From an uncultured Rikenella sp. (GTDB lineage: Bacteria; Bacteroidota; Bacteroidia; Bacteroidales; Rikenellaceae), in NCBI RefSeq assembly GCF_947628055.1, contig NZ_CANQYJ010000001.1:1-51905 (forward strand): a stretch of 51,905 nucleotides of DNA. The letters are read 5' to 3'. Shown piece after piece: positions 38,460-49,200 of the stretch. The notes beneath the pieces were generated by a model, which was not told the DNA's origin, ran no database searches, and saw only the letters and a list, made by a program, of their open reading frames with translations. How positions within the stretch are numbered: the first letter of the stretch is position 1; the number at the start of each line of letters is the position of its first letter. Made by a program: the position numbers and the translations under genes.

Positions 38460-40658
38460 ATGAAAACATACCAAAAATACATTTTGAGTACTGCAGTACT
38501 TGCCGGCGCAGTTCTGACTGGCTGCAAGGACAAGATGCGGGAACTCAATACGGACCCTAACTTGATCAGCCAGACTCAGCCTGAGGCCATGTTCTACGGA
38601 GCCACCTACAACTGGGGTTGGTTTTGGAAAGGGTGGATGACCGAACGAGCTGGTAATATCGGCTCAACCATGCAGATCAACAACAACGGGGCAGGTTCGT
38701 ATGTCGATCCGACGACTTGGTCGGGCGGTAATCCGGGGTATTTGGGCCGTTTCTGGACCCGGTATTATAGTGCGGGGAAAAATCTGAATTCGATCTGTAA
38801 ATACATCGACGAACAATTGAAAGGTACGGAACAAGCTCGTTATCAGGATATCCGTGCCATTTCACGCCTACTCCAGATACACGAAGCATGGACCATCTTT
38901 ACCAATTACGGTACGATGGTGTTCAATGATGCTTTCAAAGTCCGTGAAGGAGTTACCTATCCGACTTACGACATTTACTCGGTGGATATTTACAAACAGT
39001 TGGACGACTCGGTGAAAGCATGTATCGCACAACTGAATTCGCCGGTACGCGAAGATGCTGTTTCGCTGGGGTTACAAGATAATTTCTACGGTTCCTCGTA
39101 TACAGTTACTCCGGATGTCGGCGGGGTGAAGTGGACGGCCACTAAGCCTGAAAAACAACGCGAACGGTGGCTGAAATTCGCAACCACACTGCGTTTGAAG
39201 ATGGCTTTCTCTATGCGGAATGTCGCTGCGGACACCTATCAGACTGTGCTGAACGAAGTACGGCAGCAGGTTGCTGCCAATCCGAACTCCTTGATGAGCG
39301 AAGTTCAAGATGGTTTGCAATACGTATTGCCGGATGCTTCGTATGACCGTAACGACGGTAACCAGATGTCTTTCTGGCACATGATGTCGGTCGCTTACAT
39401 CAATTCGATGAAACAGTCGAACGACCCGCGTCTGCCGCTCGTGGCACTGACCAACTACTGCGATACCTCGCTCAGTGTCGGTTATAAATTCGTCGCTACT
39501 TATTTCCCGGACTCTCTGAAAGAGCGTCAGGTATATGATGAAAAAACCAAAACGTGGTCAACCAAATCGTGGGGCGATGTGCTGAAACAGGGGAATGTTT
39601 TCCAAGGCCGTACGTTCAATCCTGCCAACAACAGCGCAGTGTTCGGCCCGGGAACGTTGTTGAAAAACATGTCTCAGTCTTTGACGATGCACCATCCGGA
39701 TTGGAAAGACCCGAACACTACCGGAATCTCGGAAGAAGAGAAACAAAAGCGCGAAGAAGACAATGCCAAACTCACGACGATCAAACTGAAAAACCACTTT
39801 ACCGGTGTAGTGGAAGAAGTGAAATACAATGGTAAAGATGCATTCGTGAATGGTGCTCGTACCGTCAGCTTCCGTGTCGTATCGGGGCCACAGAACCGAC
39901 ACTATGTATTGAACTCTTCCAATGGGACCGGCTGGGGGACCGCTCCGTTCGATTATGACAATAACAATCCTTCGAGCGGTTATCACATGGTCAATAAAGT
40001 ACTCTCGTACGCCGAACACTGTTTCCTGATGGCGTTGATCTGCAACTATGAGGGTGGTATGATTGGTTCGAAAGGTGCCGAAGATTGGTATAACGAAGGA
40101 ATTCAGGCTTCGATGCAGGAAACGCAAGAAGACGCTCAACGTGTCTATGTGAAAATCGCTACGAATCCGAACTTCCCGCTCATCGCCGGTGTGAACGGAA
40201 CCTCGAATGAAGACAAACATCTGTATAAAATCGACTATAAAGGGGACGACTATACAGACTATTTGACTCAACCTCAGGTAGCTTTCTCGGGCAGTCAGGA
40301 CGAAAAAACCAACAAAATCATGATTCAGATGTGGTTGGCATTGTGGCAAAGCCCGGAAAATACTTGGTTCTATTATAAGGCTACCGGTTATCCGCACACG
40401 GTGAAGTATGAATGGGAAACTTCGACTTTGGATGCTATGCCGAAGACAATGGGGTTGGAACAGCCTTATCTGACTACAGGACAGGAAATGTTATTCCCTC
40501 GTCGCCTTTCTGCACCTACTCCACAAGCGGAAAATATGCCGAATTGGTATGAAATGCAGGAGACTATGGAAGCTCAGCCGGGTTATGCACCGCACGGGTG
40601 GACCGACTATTCTGGACGCGTGTTCTGGGATGTCGTAGAACCGGCAGGCTTGTACTAA
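38460..40658 (+). CDS. SusD/RagB family lipoprotein (cassette 1)
   Basis: Lipobox LTGC, NTDPN, W.KFA.TLRLK, DPRL, FPRR and RVFWD; follows susC. Confidence 0.85.
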   Translation: MKTYQKYILSTAVLAGAVLTGCKDKMRELNTDPNLISQTQPEAMFYGATYNWGWFWKGWMTERAGNIGSTMQINNNGAGSYVDPTTWSGGNPGYLGRFWTRYYSAGKNLNSICKYIDEQLKGTEQARYQDIRAISRLLQIHEAWTIFTNYGTMVFNDAFKVREGVTYPTYDIYSVDIYKQLDDSVKACIAQLNSPVREDAVSLGLQDNFYGSSYTVTPDVGGVKWTATKPEKQRERWLKFATTLRLKMAFSMRNVAADTYQTVLNEVRQQVAANPNSLMSEVQDGLQYVLPDASYDRNDGNQMSFWHMMSVAYINSMKQSNDPRLPLVALTNYCDTSLSVGYKFVATYFPDSLKERQVYDEKTKTWSTKSWGDVLKQGNVFQGRTFNPANNSAVFGPGTLLKNMSQSLTMHHPDWKDPNTTGISEEEKQKREEDNAKLTTIKLKNHFTGVVEEVKYNGKDAFVNGARTVSFRVVSGPQNRHYVLNSSNGTGWGTAPFDYDNNNPSSGYHMVNKVLSYAEHCFLMALICNYEGGMIGSKGAEDWYNEGIQASMQETQEDAQRVYVKIATNPNFPLIAGVNGTSNEDKHLYKIDYKGDDYTDYLTQPQVAFSGSQDEKTNKIMIQMWLALWQSPENTWFYYKATGYPHTVKYEWETSTLDAMPKTMGLEQPYLTTGQEMLFPRRLSAPTPQAENMPNWYEMQETMEAQPGYAPHGWTDYSGRVFWDVVEPAGLY

Positions 40659-40713
40659 TCGGCCTTTTAAATCGAGTCGGTGCCTGAACGGGGCCCTCGG
40701 TTTGAGTAAACGT

Positions 40714-40757
40714 AATCCGGGCCACTTTCTTACTCAAGAAAGTGGCCCGGATTTTTT
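40714..40757 (+). terminator. Intrinsic terminator after cassette 1
   Basis: AATCCGGGCCACTTTCTT / AAGAAAGTGGCCCGGATT stem plus T-run. Confidence 0.75.
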
Positions 40758-40784
40758 GTGCCGTTTCCGGAAGCTAAGGTCGAA

Positions 40785-40820
40785 ACAAAGGGCCGTCGAC
40801 CTCAATCGACAGCCCTTTGT
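40785..40820 (-). terminator. Hairpin after the aminotransferase gene
   Basis: ACAAAGGGCCGTCGA / TCGACAGCCCTTTGT stem. Confidence 0.6.
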
Positions 40821-40855
40821 ACAACCAGAATCGACGTTTTTACAACTCCCTTTTG

Positions 40856-41962
40856 TTACCTCACCTGCTCGAAATATTTGACGAACTTCCCGTGCGGAGC
40901 CGACACGCAAATACGGGCGAACTTCGAGGCTTTTTCCTTCTGGCTCTTGGTGAAGAACGACAATGACACGCTTCCGATACGGTGTTCCAGCAGTTCTTCC
41001 TCGGTCCGGTTCACCACGACGAAAATCCCTTTCGGCGTGCTCGCGTGATAGTATTCTTCGGCCAGCAGGCCGCGCTGTTTCAGATATTCGATATTCAGGG
41101 CGATGTCGCGCGCAGTGGCCGCCTTGAATGCCGAAGCCGCCTTGATCCCCTCGGGAGTGGTCAGAAGCCGCAAGACGAGCTGCTGTGCGAACGCATTGAC
41201 CCCGTTGGTGCAATACATCAGACGGATTTCCAATTCGTCGTGCAATTCTTTGTTCGTCGTGTGGATAAACCCTAAACGCTGGCCGCTCAGGCCGACCGAT
41301 TTGCTGAAACTTTCGGTGATGACCACATTTTCCAGCTCCATCAAGCGCTGGTAGTAGTTATCCCGTTTGTCGTAAAAGATCCGGCGGTACGGGCTGTCGA
41401 AAAAGACGACAATGCCTGCGTCGTTGAGTTTCTTGATCAGTGCGAACTGCTGTTCGTCGTCGTATTTTTCACCTAACGGGTTCCCCGGGTCACAGATCAG
41501 CACGGCGTTGCCTTGCAATTCCGGAATCATCCCCTCCAGATCGCTCTGAGCCATATATTCGGCATTCCCGATACCGCGAACTTTCAACATCTGGAAATAG
41601 CAGCCCCAGTAATAGACCGGAAGATAGAGCGTCCCCATCCCCACCGCCTGAACCACCAGATCGAGGGCATTCATCCCTCCGGCCGAGATCAGGATGTTGT
41701 CGGGCGAAGATTTGCCGCCGAAATATTCGTCGTTGATCGCCTGGCGCAAAGCGGGAAAACCCGGCCCCGGAGGGTAAACCTGGATGTCGTTCGAGTTGAA
41801 ATCCATGTTTCCGACTACTTCTCTCAGGTCGATATTCACTACTGCGTTGACCCCTCGGTTCAACGGCAGGTATTCCTGCCCGGTCTCGGCAGTCAGTTTC
41901 TTGAGTTTCTCGCCGATCTGCACGATCTGGGACAGAGCGGCTCCGCTTTTGTTGATCTTCAT
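40856..41962 (-). CDS. PLP-dependent aminotransferase class I/II
   Basis: PGNPLG, DSPY and SFSKSVGLSGQRLG PLP-lysine motif; start taken at MKINKSG. Confidence 0.9.
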   Translation of the reverse strand: MKINKSGAALSQIVQIGEKLKKLTAETGQEYLPLNRGVNAVVNIDLREVVGNMDFNSNDIQVYPPGPGFPALRQAINDEYFGGKSSPDNILISAGGMNALDLVVQAVGMGTLYLPVYYWGCYFQMLKVRGIGNAEYMAQSDLEGMIPELQGNAVLICDPGNPLGEKYDDEQQFALIKKLNDAGIVVFFDSPYRRIFYDKRDNYYQRLMELENVVITESFSKSVGLSGQRLGFIHTTNKELHDELEIRLMYCTNGVNAFAQQLVLRLLTTPEGIKAASAFKAATARDIALNIEYLKQRGLLAEEYYHASTPKGIFVVVNRTEEELLEHRIGSVSLSFFTKSQKEKASKFARICVSAPHGKFVKYFEQVR

Positions 41963-42142
41963 ACTGTATGCTTTACGGGATAATAAGGATTCTGTTTCTT
42001 GCTGTTTGCAAAATAATACTTTTTCTCTCAATCGCCGGCTCGAGCGGAACGAGGAATTGATCTATTTGTTAAAAATATTCCTGAATTGTTATATTCTGCA
42101 TTTTCTTTGACAGACTGCGACGAAAAATCCTATGGGAAAGTG

Positions 42143-42644
42143 GGACTGCGGAGCCTAAGGAAGGAGTCGGGCAATTACAGTCCGGAAAGCCCCGAGGGGG
42201 CCTTTCTTTCAAGAAAGAATGGTCACTCACGGAACGGTGCAAAAGCAGCCTACAGTTTTTCAAACGGTTTTCGCACGGCCCGGAGCCAGCGTGTTAGGGT
42301 AATTACAGCTCGGTTGGAGTGTCCAGCGGCACCAGCCCTTCGCCCAGGGTGGCTCCGGCCTGACAATAATGAGATCGCCGACAACATGACGGAAACGTTT
42401 GCAAGGGTCTATAATTAACTGTACAATAAAAAGTTCTGCGTATTCGACCTCGCGCCCACTCCCCTAAGGCTGAGCAAACTCCCAGTCTGTCTGGCGGCAC
42501 CGCGGAGGTCGGCGGTTCAAAAGATCGCAATATTAAGAGCGGTCTATTGTCCCGGCCCAAAGAAAACGCAATGACAAAGGACTGCGGAGCTAAACAACCA
42601 AGTGCGGGCCTCCCCCGCGGAAGGTGCCGCTCGGCACTCGATCC
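42143..42644. repeat. Mosaic of palindromic element modules (copy E)
   Basis: 42143-42230 resembles the right end of copy D; about 42295-42376 resembles 24907-24985; about 42443-42591 resembles the copy D central region. Confidence 0.75.
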
Positions 42645-42865
42645 GAGAGTTTTCCTCTCCCCCCTCAGGCTGAGCTCGCGACTTTACCAACTTAAAGTAG
42701 ATATTATCCATAATAAAATAACGCGATTATATACTTTATCATACCCGCCATCCCTTGTTCCAATTTTTCGGCTCGCGCCGCCCCCCGGCCGCTAAAAGCG
42801 ACCCCCGGCGCAAAGCCGAACTCGAAAAGAGGAGCAAAGTACATTTATATAATCGCGTAAAATAA

Positions 42866-42892
42866 ATGCGGGCCTCCCGAAGAGGCCCGCAT
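42866..42892 (-). terminator. Intrinsic terminator after fabI
   Basis: ATGCGGGCCTC-ccgaa-GAGGCCCGCAT with a T-rich tail on the minus strand. Confidence 0.7.
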
Positions 42893-42919
42893 GGAGCGGA
42901 ATAAAACGCCCGCCGCTTA

Positions 42920-43801
42920 TCATTTCTCGTGTTTTACATCGAGGAATTCCATGTTCTTTTCTTCGTATTCCTTGAGTTCCTGTTCCAAGCTCTGGCTGTA
43001 AAGTTTCATGGCCCGGCGGCTCATCCCCATGCTGGAGAATCCTCCGTCGTGGAAAAGATTCTGCATCGTCACCTTCTTGGTCAAATCGCTGAACAGGGTC
43101 AGGACATAGTTGGCGCAATCCAATGCCGTGGCATTTCCCAGCGGCGACATGCGCTGTGCGAAGTCCATCAGGTGGTCAAGCCCCATCACACCGTTCCCCG
43201 CCGTGGTCGGCGTCGGCGACTGCGATACGGTATTGACCCGAATCTTCTTTTCCCGTCCGTAGATATAACCGAACGACCGCGCGATCGACTCCAGCAATGC
43301 CTTGGCATCCGCCATGTCGTTGTATCCGTACAGCGTGCGCTGCGCCGCGATATATGAGAGTGCCACGATCGAGCCCCATTCGTTGATCGCGTCTTTCTTC
43401 CGCGCCACCTGCATCATCTTGTGGAACGAGATGGCCGAAATATCGAGCGTTTTCATCAGGAAGCCGTAGTCGAGGTCGTCGTAAGTGCGTCCCTTGCGCA
43501 CGTTGGGCGACATGCCGATGGAGTGGAGGATGAAGTCGAATTTCCCGCCGAAATGTTCCATCGTTTTGTCGATCAGGTTTTCCAGGTCTTCGACACTGGT
43601 CGCGTCCGCCGGAACGAATATGGTGTTCAGTTTCTCGGCCAGCTCAGCCGTACCGCCCATGCGTGCCGCCATGGCCGTATTGGTCAGCACGATCTCTGCT
43701 CCTTCTTCGACGGCCCGCTCGGCCACCTGCCAGGCGATGGATTTGTCGTTGAGCGCCCCGAAGATCAGACCTTTTTTACCTTTCAGAAGATTATAAGACA
43801 T
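42920..43801 (-). CDS. fabI: Enoyl-ACP reductase
   Basis: GKKGLIFGALNDKSIAW, LHSIGMS, YNDMADAK catalytic Tyr/Lys and QNLFHDGG. Confidence 0.93.
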   Translation of the reverse strand: MSYNLLKGKKGLIFGALNDKSIAWQVAERAVEEGAEIVLTNTAMAARMGGTAELAEKLNTIFVPADATSVEDLENLIDKTMEHFGGKFDFILHSIGMSPNVRKGRTYDDLDYGFLMKTLDISAISFHKMMQVARKKDAINEWGSIVALSYIAAQRTLYGYNDMADAKALLESIARSFGYIYGREKKIRVNTVSQSPTPTTAGNGVMGLDHLMDFAQRMSPLGNATALDCANYVLTLFSDLTKKVTMQNLFHDGGFSSMGMSRRAMKLYSQSLEQELKEYEEKNMEFLDVKHEK

Positions 43802-43826
43802 CCTGTTCAGTTATTTAAATTTTTTG

Positions 43827-43834
43827 CAAAGTTA
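43827..43834 (-). promoter_or_regulatory. Candidate -7 promoter element for fabI
   Basis: TAACTTTG on the minus strand 25 bp upstream of the ATG. Confidence 0.6.
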
Positions 43835-43922
43835 GTGATTTTCCCCTAATTCCCTTCTCCCGCAGTTCATAGCTTTGCGGAGGGTCGGGCGCTGGTTCGT
43901 TTTGTCCGTTCCGTAATACGAC

Positions 43923-43983
43923 AAAAGGCCTCCTGGCGCGGCATGTTTGCGTCGTTGACGCAGGCATGCCGGCCCGGAGGCCT
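43923..43983 (-). terminator. Long hairpin after cassette 2, upstream of the fabI promoter
   Basis: AGGCCTCC..GGCATGTTTGCGTC-gtt-GACGCAGGCATGCC..GGAGGCCT; a second hairpin lies at 44047-44078. Confidence 0.55.
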
Positions 43984-44099
43984 CCCGGTCGGAATTCTCC
44001 CAAGACTACTAACACCATAAGAGAAACCGGGTAGAAACAGGAAAGGTATTTCCAGCCCGAGTTTTCGAGCTGGAAATATCCGTCAGTCAAAGATTGATC

Positions 44100-46262
44100 C
44101 TACAAACCTTCCGTATCCCAGAAGATACGTCCGGTAGTTTCATTATACATCGACCCGTACATAGGCTGTTGAAGCAACAGCTGACGTGCTGCCTCATAGT
44201 TCTGGTTATTGGCTGCCTGCGGCTGCGGAAGCGATGCACGACGCGGGAAACTCAATGCTTCTCCATTGTCACGAGCGGTCGGGTTCACCCAATACAGACC
44301 TGACGGCCGATCAGCCGGCGTCTTTACCGTTTTCAATTTGGGATAACCCGTGATACGCCACCAGTCCCACATCTTCGTCGGCTGGTTGTAAGCGTAGATC
44401 CACATCTGACCCACGATAGCCTCTTTCTTATCGGTAGCGCTACTTAAGGCCTGAGCGGTCGTATAGTCAGAAATATCAGCCTCCGTGATGGAATATAATT
44501 CCGTATCGTTTACCCCAACGATCTTCGGGTTATTCATCACCGTCTGATTGTTTTCTGTTGTGGTAGTATTCGGGTTTGTGGCCACCTGGATCTGATAGCA
44601 CAGAGCATCATTTTGAAGTTCTTTCATAGCGGCTGCTACCCCTTCTTCATACCACACATCCGCTGTTTTCCCGGTATTCGCTCCGTCATTGGTCAGATAG
44701 GCCATCATGAAGCAGAATTCAGGATAGGTATACACCGGACGGTGATAGAAGAGACTTGCCCAGTTCGATGCCGGGCCATCATACCCGTTTGCGTAGTTCG
44801 TCGAGCCGTCTCCGAAGGTACGTCCCCCACAGGCGACGAAATAACGGCCTTGCGGACGCGATGCCATGGTCAAAGTGAAACTGGTATCGGCTCCCCAAAT
44901 CGTATATTTTGCAGGGAAGTCTGCTGTAGGAGTACCTACATTGTCTACGGTCCAGATACCTAACTTTTCATTGGCAGTCTGATCCTTCGGATCGTAGTCC
45001 GGATGATAGAACCGGAAAGTGAATGTACGTTGCCCCCAGAATTCACCCGGGCCACCCTGTTCGAAATATTCCGGGTTCGCCGTTTGTCCTTGATAAGCCA
45101 ACATCGGGTCACTGGCAAAGTCGAGCACTCCGTCCCACGACTTCTTTTCCCACGTACCGGAAGCTGCTGCACCCGAGCCGCTTTTCTTGTAGATCCAATG
45201 TTCTTTCAACGAATCGGGGAAATAAGCCTGCATCCATTGGATGGCTTTATTTTCCTCATACAGGCTATTGGCACGAGCCAAGAGCGGCAGACGCGGGTCG
45301 TCCAACACTTTCAGATAATGAATGAAGTTATCCGAAACAGAATAATAGGTACTGATGGTATTCGGCCCCGAGTTGTTGTAGATCGAACTATTCTGGCTGG
45401 AACCGTCCATGTAGGCGAAGCACCCGTCGGCAGCGCTTTCGAACCACCCGGAGGCTTTCGTTTCGTTGAGCACCTGATTGAATACTTCATCTCCGATAGC
45501 ACGTTTCATGATCCAAGCCATGTAAAGACGATACGAGTTGGCGAATTTTTTCCACTTCGTCCGTTGCGTATCATAATCACTGACTTTTGCCGGAGCAACT
45601 CCAGCTGCGGTAGGCATGGTGTACCCATACAACGGGTCATACTCGAGCAGCTCAGAGGTTCCCTCGGTCTTTGCTCTTTGAAGAACGGCAATATATTCAG
45701 CCAATTCTTTGTCCATCTCCTTATAGAGTTCGACCGTAAACAGATCATACTCCGGCAAAGTAATCCCTTCGGTAATCGCTTTGAAAGCCTGACTGTAAAC
45801 CGCCGCTCCGTAATTCTGGAATACCCGGAATCCTTCGTAGATTTTGACAATCCCGGCAATGGCATGCAAATCCGCATATTTCGCCCGGTCGCCTTCTTGA
45901 AGCACATCGTCGATATAATTTTGCAACGAGACCATTTTATAGCCTACATCGTAAAACATATCATACTGATAACGGATGGTTGCAGGCGAAACAAATTCTA
46001 TAGCCGAAGGATTGCAGTAGGTGCCGTTGGTAGCCCCTTGGTAGTGTACAAAGTACTGCATCATGGTACCCGCACTTCCATACGTGTTTTCCATCACAGC
46101 ACGTGTACTGTACTCGAAGTCCTGCATCGCTCCCAGGAACATATATCTGGGGTCGGTTTCCCCGATAGTGTTCGGGTTGGTATTCAACTCACGCATCTTG
46201 TCTTGGCAACCGACAAGAGCGAGAGCCGCCAAACCGCCGATCAAATATTTTGTTATTTTCAT
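44100..46262 (-). CDS. SusD/RagB family lipoprotein (cassette 2, expressed position)
   Basis: Lipobox LVGC, NTNPN, WKKFANS, DPRL, FPRR and RIFWD. Confidence 0.85.
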   Translation of the reverse strand: MKITKYLIGGLAALALVGCQDKMRELNTNPNTIGETDPRYMFLGAMQDFEYSTRAVMENTYGSAGTMMQYFVHYQGATNGTYCNPSAIEFVSPATIRYQYDMFYDVGYKMVSLQNYIDDVLQEGDRAKYADLHAIAGIVKIYEGFRVFQNYGAAVYSQAFKAITEGITLPEYDLFTVELYKEMDKELAEYIAVLQRAKTEGTSELLEYDPLYGYTMPTAAGVAPAKVSDYDTQRTKWKKFANSYRLYMAWIMKRAIGDEVFNQVLNETKASGWFESAADGCFAYMDGSSQNSSIYNNSGPNTISTYYSVSDNFIHYLKVLDDPRLPLLARANSLYEENKAIQWMQAYFPDSLKEHWIYKKSGSGAAASGTWEKKSWDGVLDFASDPMLAYQGQTANPEYFEQGGPGEFWGQRTFTFRFYHPDYDPKDQTANEKLGIWTVDNVGTPTADFPAKYTIWGADTSFTLTMASRPQGRYFVACGGRTFGDGSTNYANGYDGPASNWASLFYHRPVYTYPEFCFMMAYLTNDGANTGKTADVWYEEGVAAAMKELQNDALCYQIQVATNPNTTTTENNQTVMNNPKIVGVNDTELYSITEADISDYTTAQALSSATDKKEAIVGQMWIYAYNQPTKMWDWWRITGYPKLKTVKTPADRPSGLYWVNPTARDNGEALSFPRRASLPQPQAANNQNYEAARQLLLQQPMYGSMYNETTGRIFWDTEGL

Positions 46263-46286
46263 ATGAAAAATCGTTTGCTGTTAAAA

Positions 46287-49200
46287 TTAGAATCTCAGGT
46301 TCAGGTTGAACGAGAAGTTGCGCACGAACGGCGTGGTACCGTAGTCATACGGAGTCAGCACGTTATTCGAGATGAACGAATCCGGATTTGATTTACCGCG
46401 TGTTTTATTGATAATGTAACATACGTTACGTGCGGTAAACGACAGGCGAGCCGACTGCAAACCGACGTGTTTGATCCACTTTTCCGGGAAGTTGTAACCC
46501 AACGTCAATTCACGCAGTGCCATGTAAGTCTGTTTGGAAACATAGTTATCGACACGGCTACCCCAAGAGTAGTTATATGGATAATATATGCTTGCCAACA
46601 TGGGTTGGATGTGCCCGGCTTCGATAGCTTCGCGATAGGTCATTCCGGCCAAATCGACATCATTGCCCGTCTTCAAGCTGGTGACTACGGAATTTGTTTT
46701 GTGGAATACCCCATCCAGCATAATACCATTGTATTCAAATTCGCCTTTGTAGTTCACACGGCGCTGCCCGCCATGGTCTTTATCACGACCATACAACGAT
46801 TCTTCCGTAGTCCCGGATGCAGTAGCGTATTCCTGAGAAATCTGAATGGCATAACCACCCGAACGACCGTCGATCTGGCCGAAGAAGTCGAACGAACCGT
46901 TGTTGTTCGGCAGGTTCACCTGTACCGAGGTATTGATCCCGTAATAGAAATCGGGTTCAACACTACCGAATTCGGTAGTAAGATTCTTTTTACCACCCCA
47001 ATATTCAGATTCTTCACCGTAATATCCGGCAATACTATTCGCAGTCAGATAGCGGAATACCGGATTGACCGGAACTCCGAGTGCACCTGCTTCCGGATTG
47101 ACATTCAAGTTGCCATCAATATTTTTCGAAGCAACGAAGAGCAGTTTCATGCCATTCCGATAATCGTTCGGATCTTCCGCATTATTGTATCTTGCGATCG
47201 GCTGGCCGCTACCGTAACCGCCACCGGCTGCTACGACACCGTAAGCTCCGTCGACGAAAGCATATACCCCCGGCGAACCGTCTACACCACCGGTAATGGT
47301 ATAATAGTTGATGTTATTAGCCAGCTCCTTGATCTTACCGCGGTTACGGCTCCAGTTTGCACCGATGTTCCACTGCACGGTACGAGTCCGAATCGGAGTC
47401 ACGTCCAACTGGATTTCCCAACCTTGGTTCTGGATGTTACCGGCATTGACCCACTGACTGCTTACACCCGATTCGCTCACCGCATTCAAAGCCAGAATCT
47501 GGTTCTTCGTATTGGTTTTGTAGTAAGCCACATCGACACCGATCCGACCGTTCAGGAAACGCAGGTCGGCACCGAATTCGATAGAGGTCTGGAGTTCAGG
47601 CTTCAGGTCGTAGTTCGGAAGAGCGGAATTGTTCGGTGAAGCTTGGAAAAGCGAACTGTTCTGCGGACCATATATCGAACTGATCGAGAAACCACCGGCC
47701 CCCTGTGCAGTAGTGTACGCATCGGTACCCTTACCTACCTGTGCCCAGGATGCACGCAGTTTACCGAACGACAAGATGTTCGGGTCGATCTGGAACGTAT
47801 CCGAAAATACCCACGATGCGTTCACCGAAGGATAGAATACCGAGTAGTTATCCTGCCCGTACGGAAGCCAAGTCGGGTACAGCAATGAACTCAGCCAGTC
47901 GTTACGGCCGGTCACTTCCAAGTACACCTGATCTTTCCACGAGAGGTTGATTACACCTGCAACCCCGACGGTCATATTATTACGCGGAGTTTCAGATGCA
48001 GCCAGCTGACTTGCCGTAATCGGATTTACCGAGTTCCCGAATGTCCACAAGCCGGGGCTTATCAAACCGCCGTTGGTGCTCTTGGAATAAGAAGTTGAAC
48101 GGGTGTTCCCGTAAATTTCAGCCAACAGACGTACGTCCAGTTCCAAGTTGTCGTCGATGAAACGGTTGTTGCTGTGCAACTGGGCGATTCCGTCGTACGA
48201 ACCGCTGGTTTCCCCCCAGATGCTATAATAACCGTCGCTACCGGTACGTCCGGTACTTGAACCGTAGTTTTTCGTATCCGTAAAGATCTGCCAGTTGTTG
48301 TAGCTGAGGCTAACGTTGGCATCCAACCAATCGGTAAACTGGGCGTTCAGCCCCAATTGGGCAATCAACGTCTGTTCATTCCGATTCGTGTTGTCATCGG
48401 CAATCTTGTTCAGCAACGAGTTCAAGTTCCCCAGCTGCGAGGTACCATACCGTTGATAAGTTTCCGGATTGATGAAATGATCCTGATACCACTGCACATC
48501 CGTATTCCGGTTGATCGTAGCAGCCGTAATGTAACCCGGAACGGTATTCCAGTCCCAACCATTGCTGTAATAGACATTCTTCGTATTCGAGTTCGAATAT
48601 TGTACGGTCAGATTGGTCGAGAAGATGTCGTTGATCTTACCGTTCGTCGTGAAGTTGATCGAATGGCGGTCGAACGAGTTGTTCGGCATCGCCCCGTCAG
48701 TGTTCGTATAAGCATACGACAAACGGAAAGTAGCCTTGTCCGACCCCCCGGTCAGCGCTACGCTCACGTTGTCGTAGTTGCTGTTCTGATAGATCGTTTT
48801 CCAGTTGTCCGGGTAGGCTATAACGTCTTCCAACGGGTTGTCGATATTGTCCGGAGCGTAGTATTTATAATACTGACGCAGTTGTGTACCTTTCAACGAA
48901 GCGAACGAAGGACCGAACGAATCCGACAAGTATCCGTTATAAGCCGCGTCAGCTCCGTCGGGAATGTTCCCTTCATAGCCGTTATAACCGTACCCCGCGC
49001 TGTACAAGTTCTGCAAGGCGATTGAGTTCTTATAAGTTACGCCCCATTCATGACCATAACTTACTTCGACACCGATCCCTTTTCGAGCCTTACCGCTTTT
49101 GGTGGTAATCACAATGGCGCCGTTCGCACCGCGTGAACCGTACAACGAAGTCGCAGCAGCCCCTTTCAGCACCGTCACGCTTTCGTAGTCGTCCGGGTTC

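Noticed and set aside
33777-40658. Prophage or integrative element marked by the integrase
   Set aside because: No phage, relaxase, excisionase or conjugation genes, no tRNA target and no direct att repeats; the repeats found are inverted.
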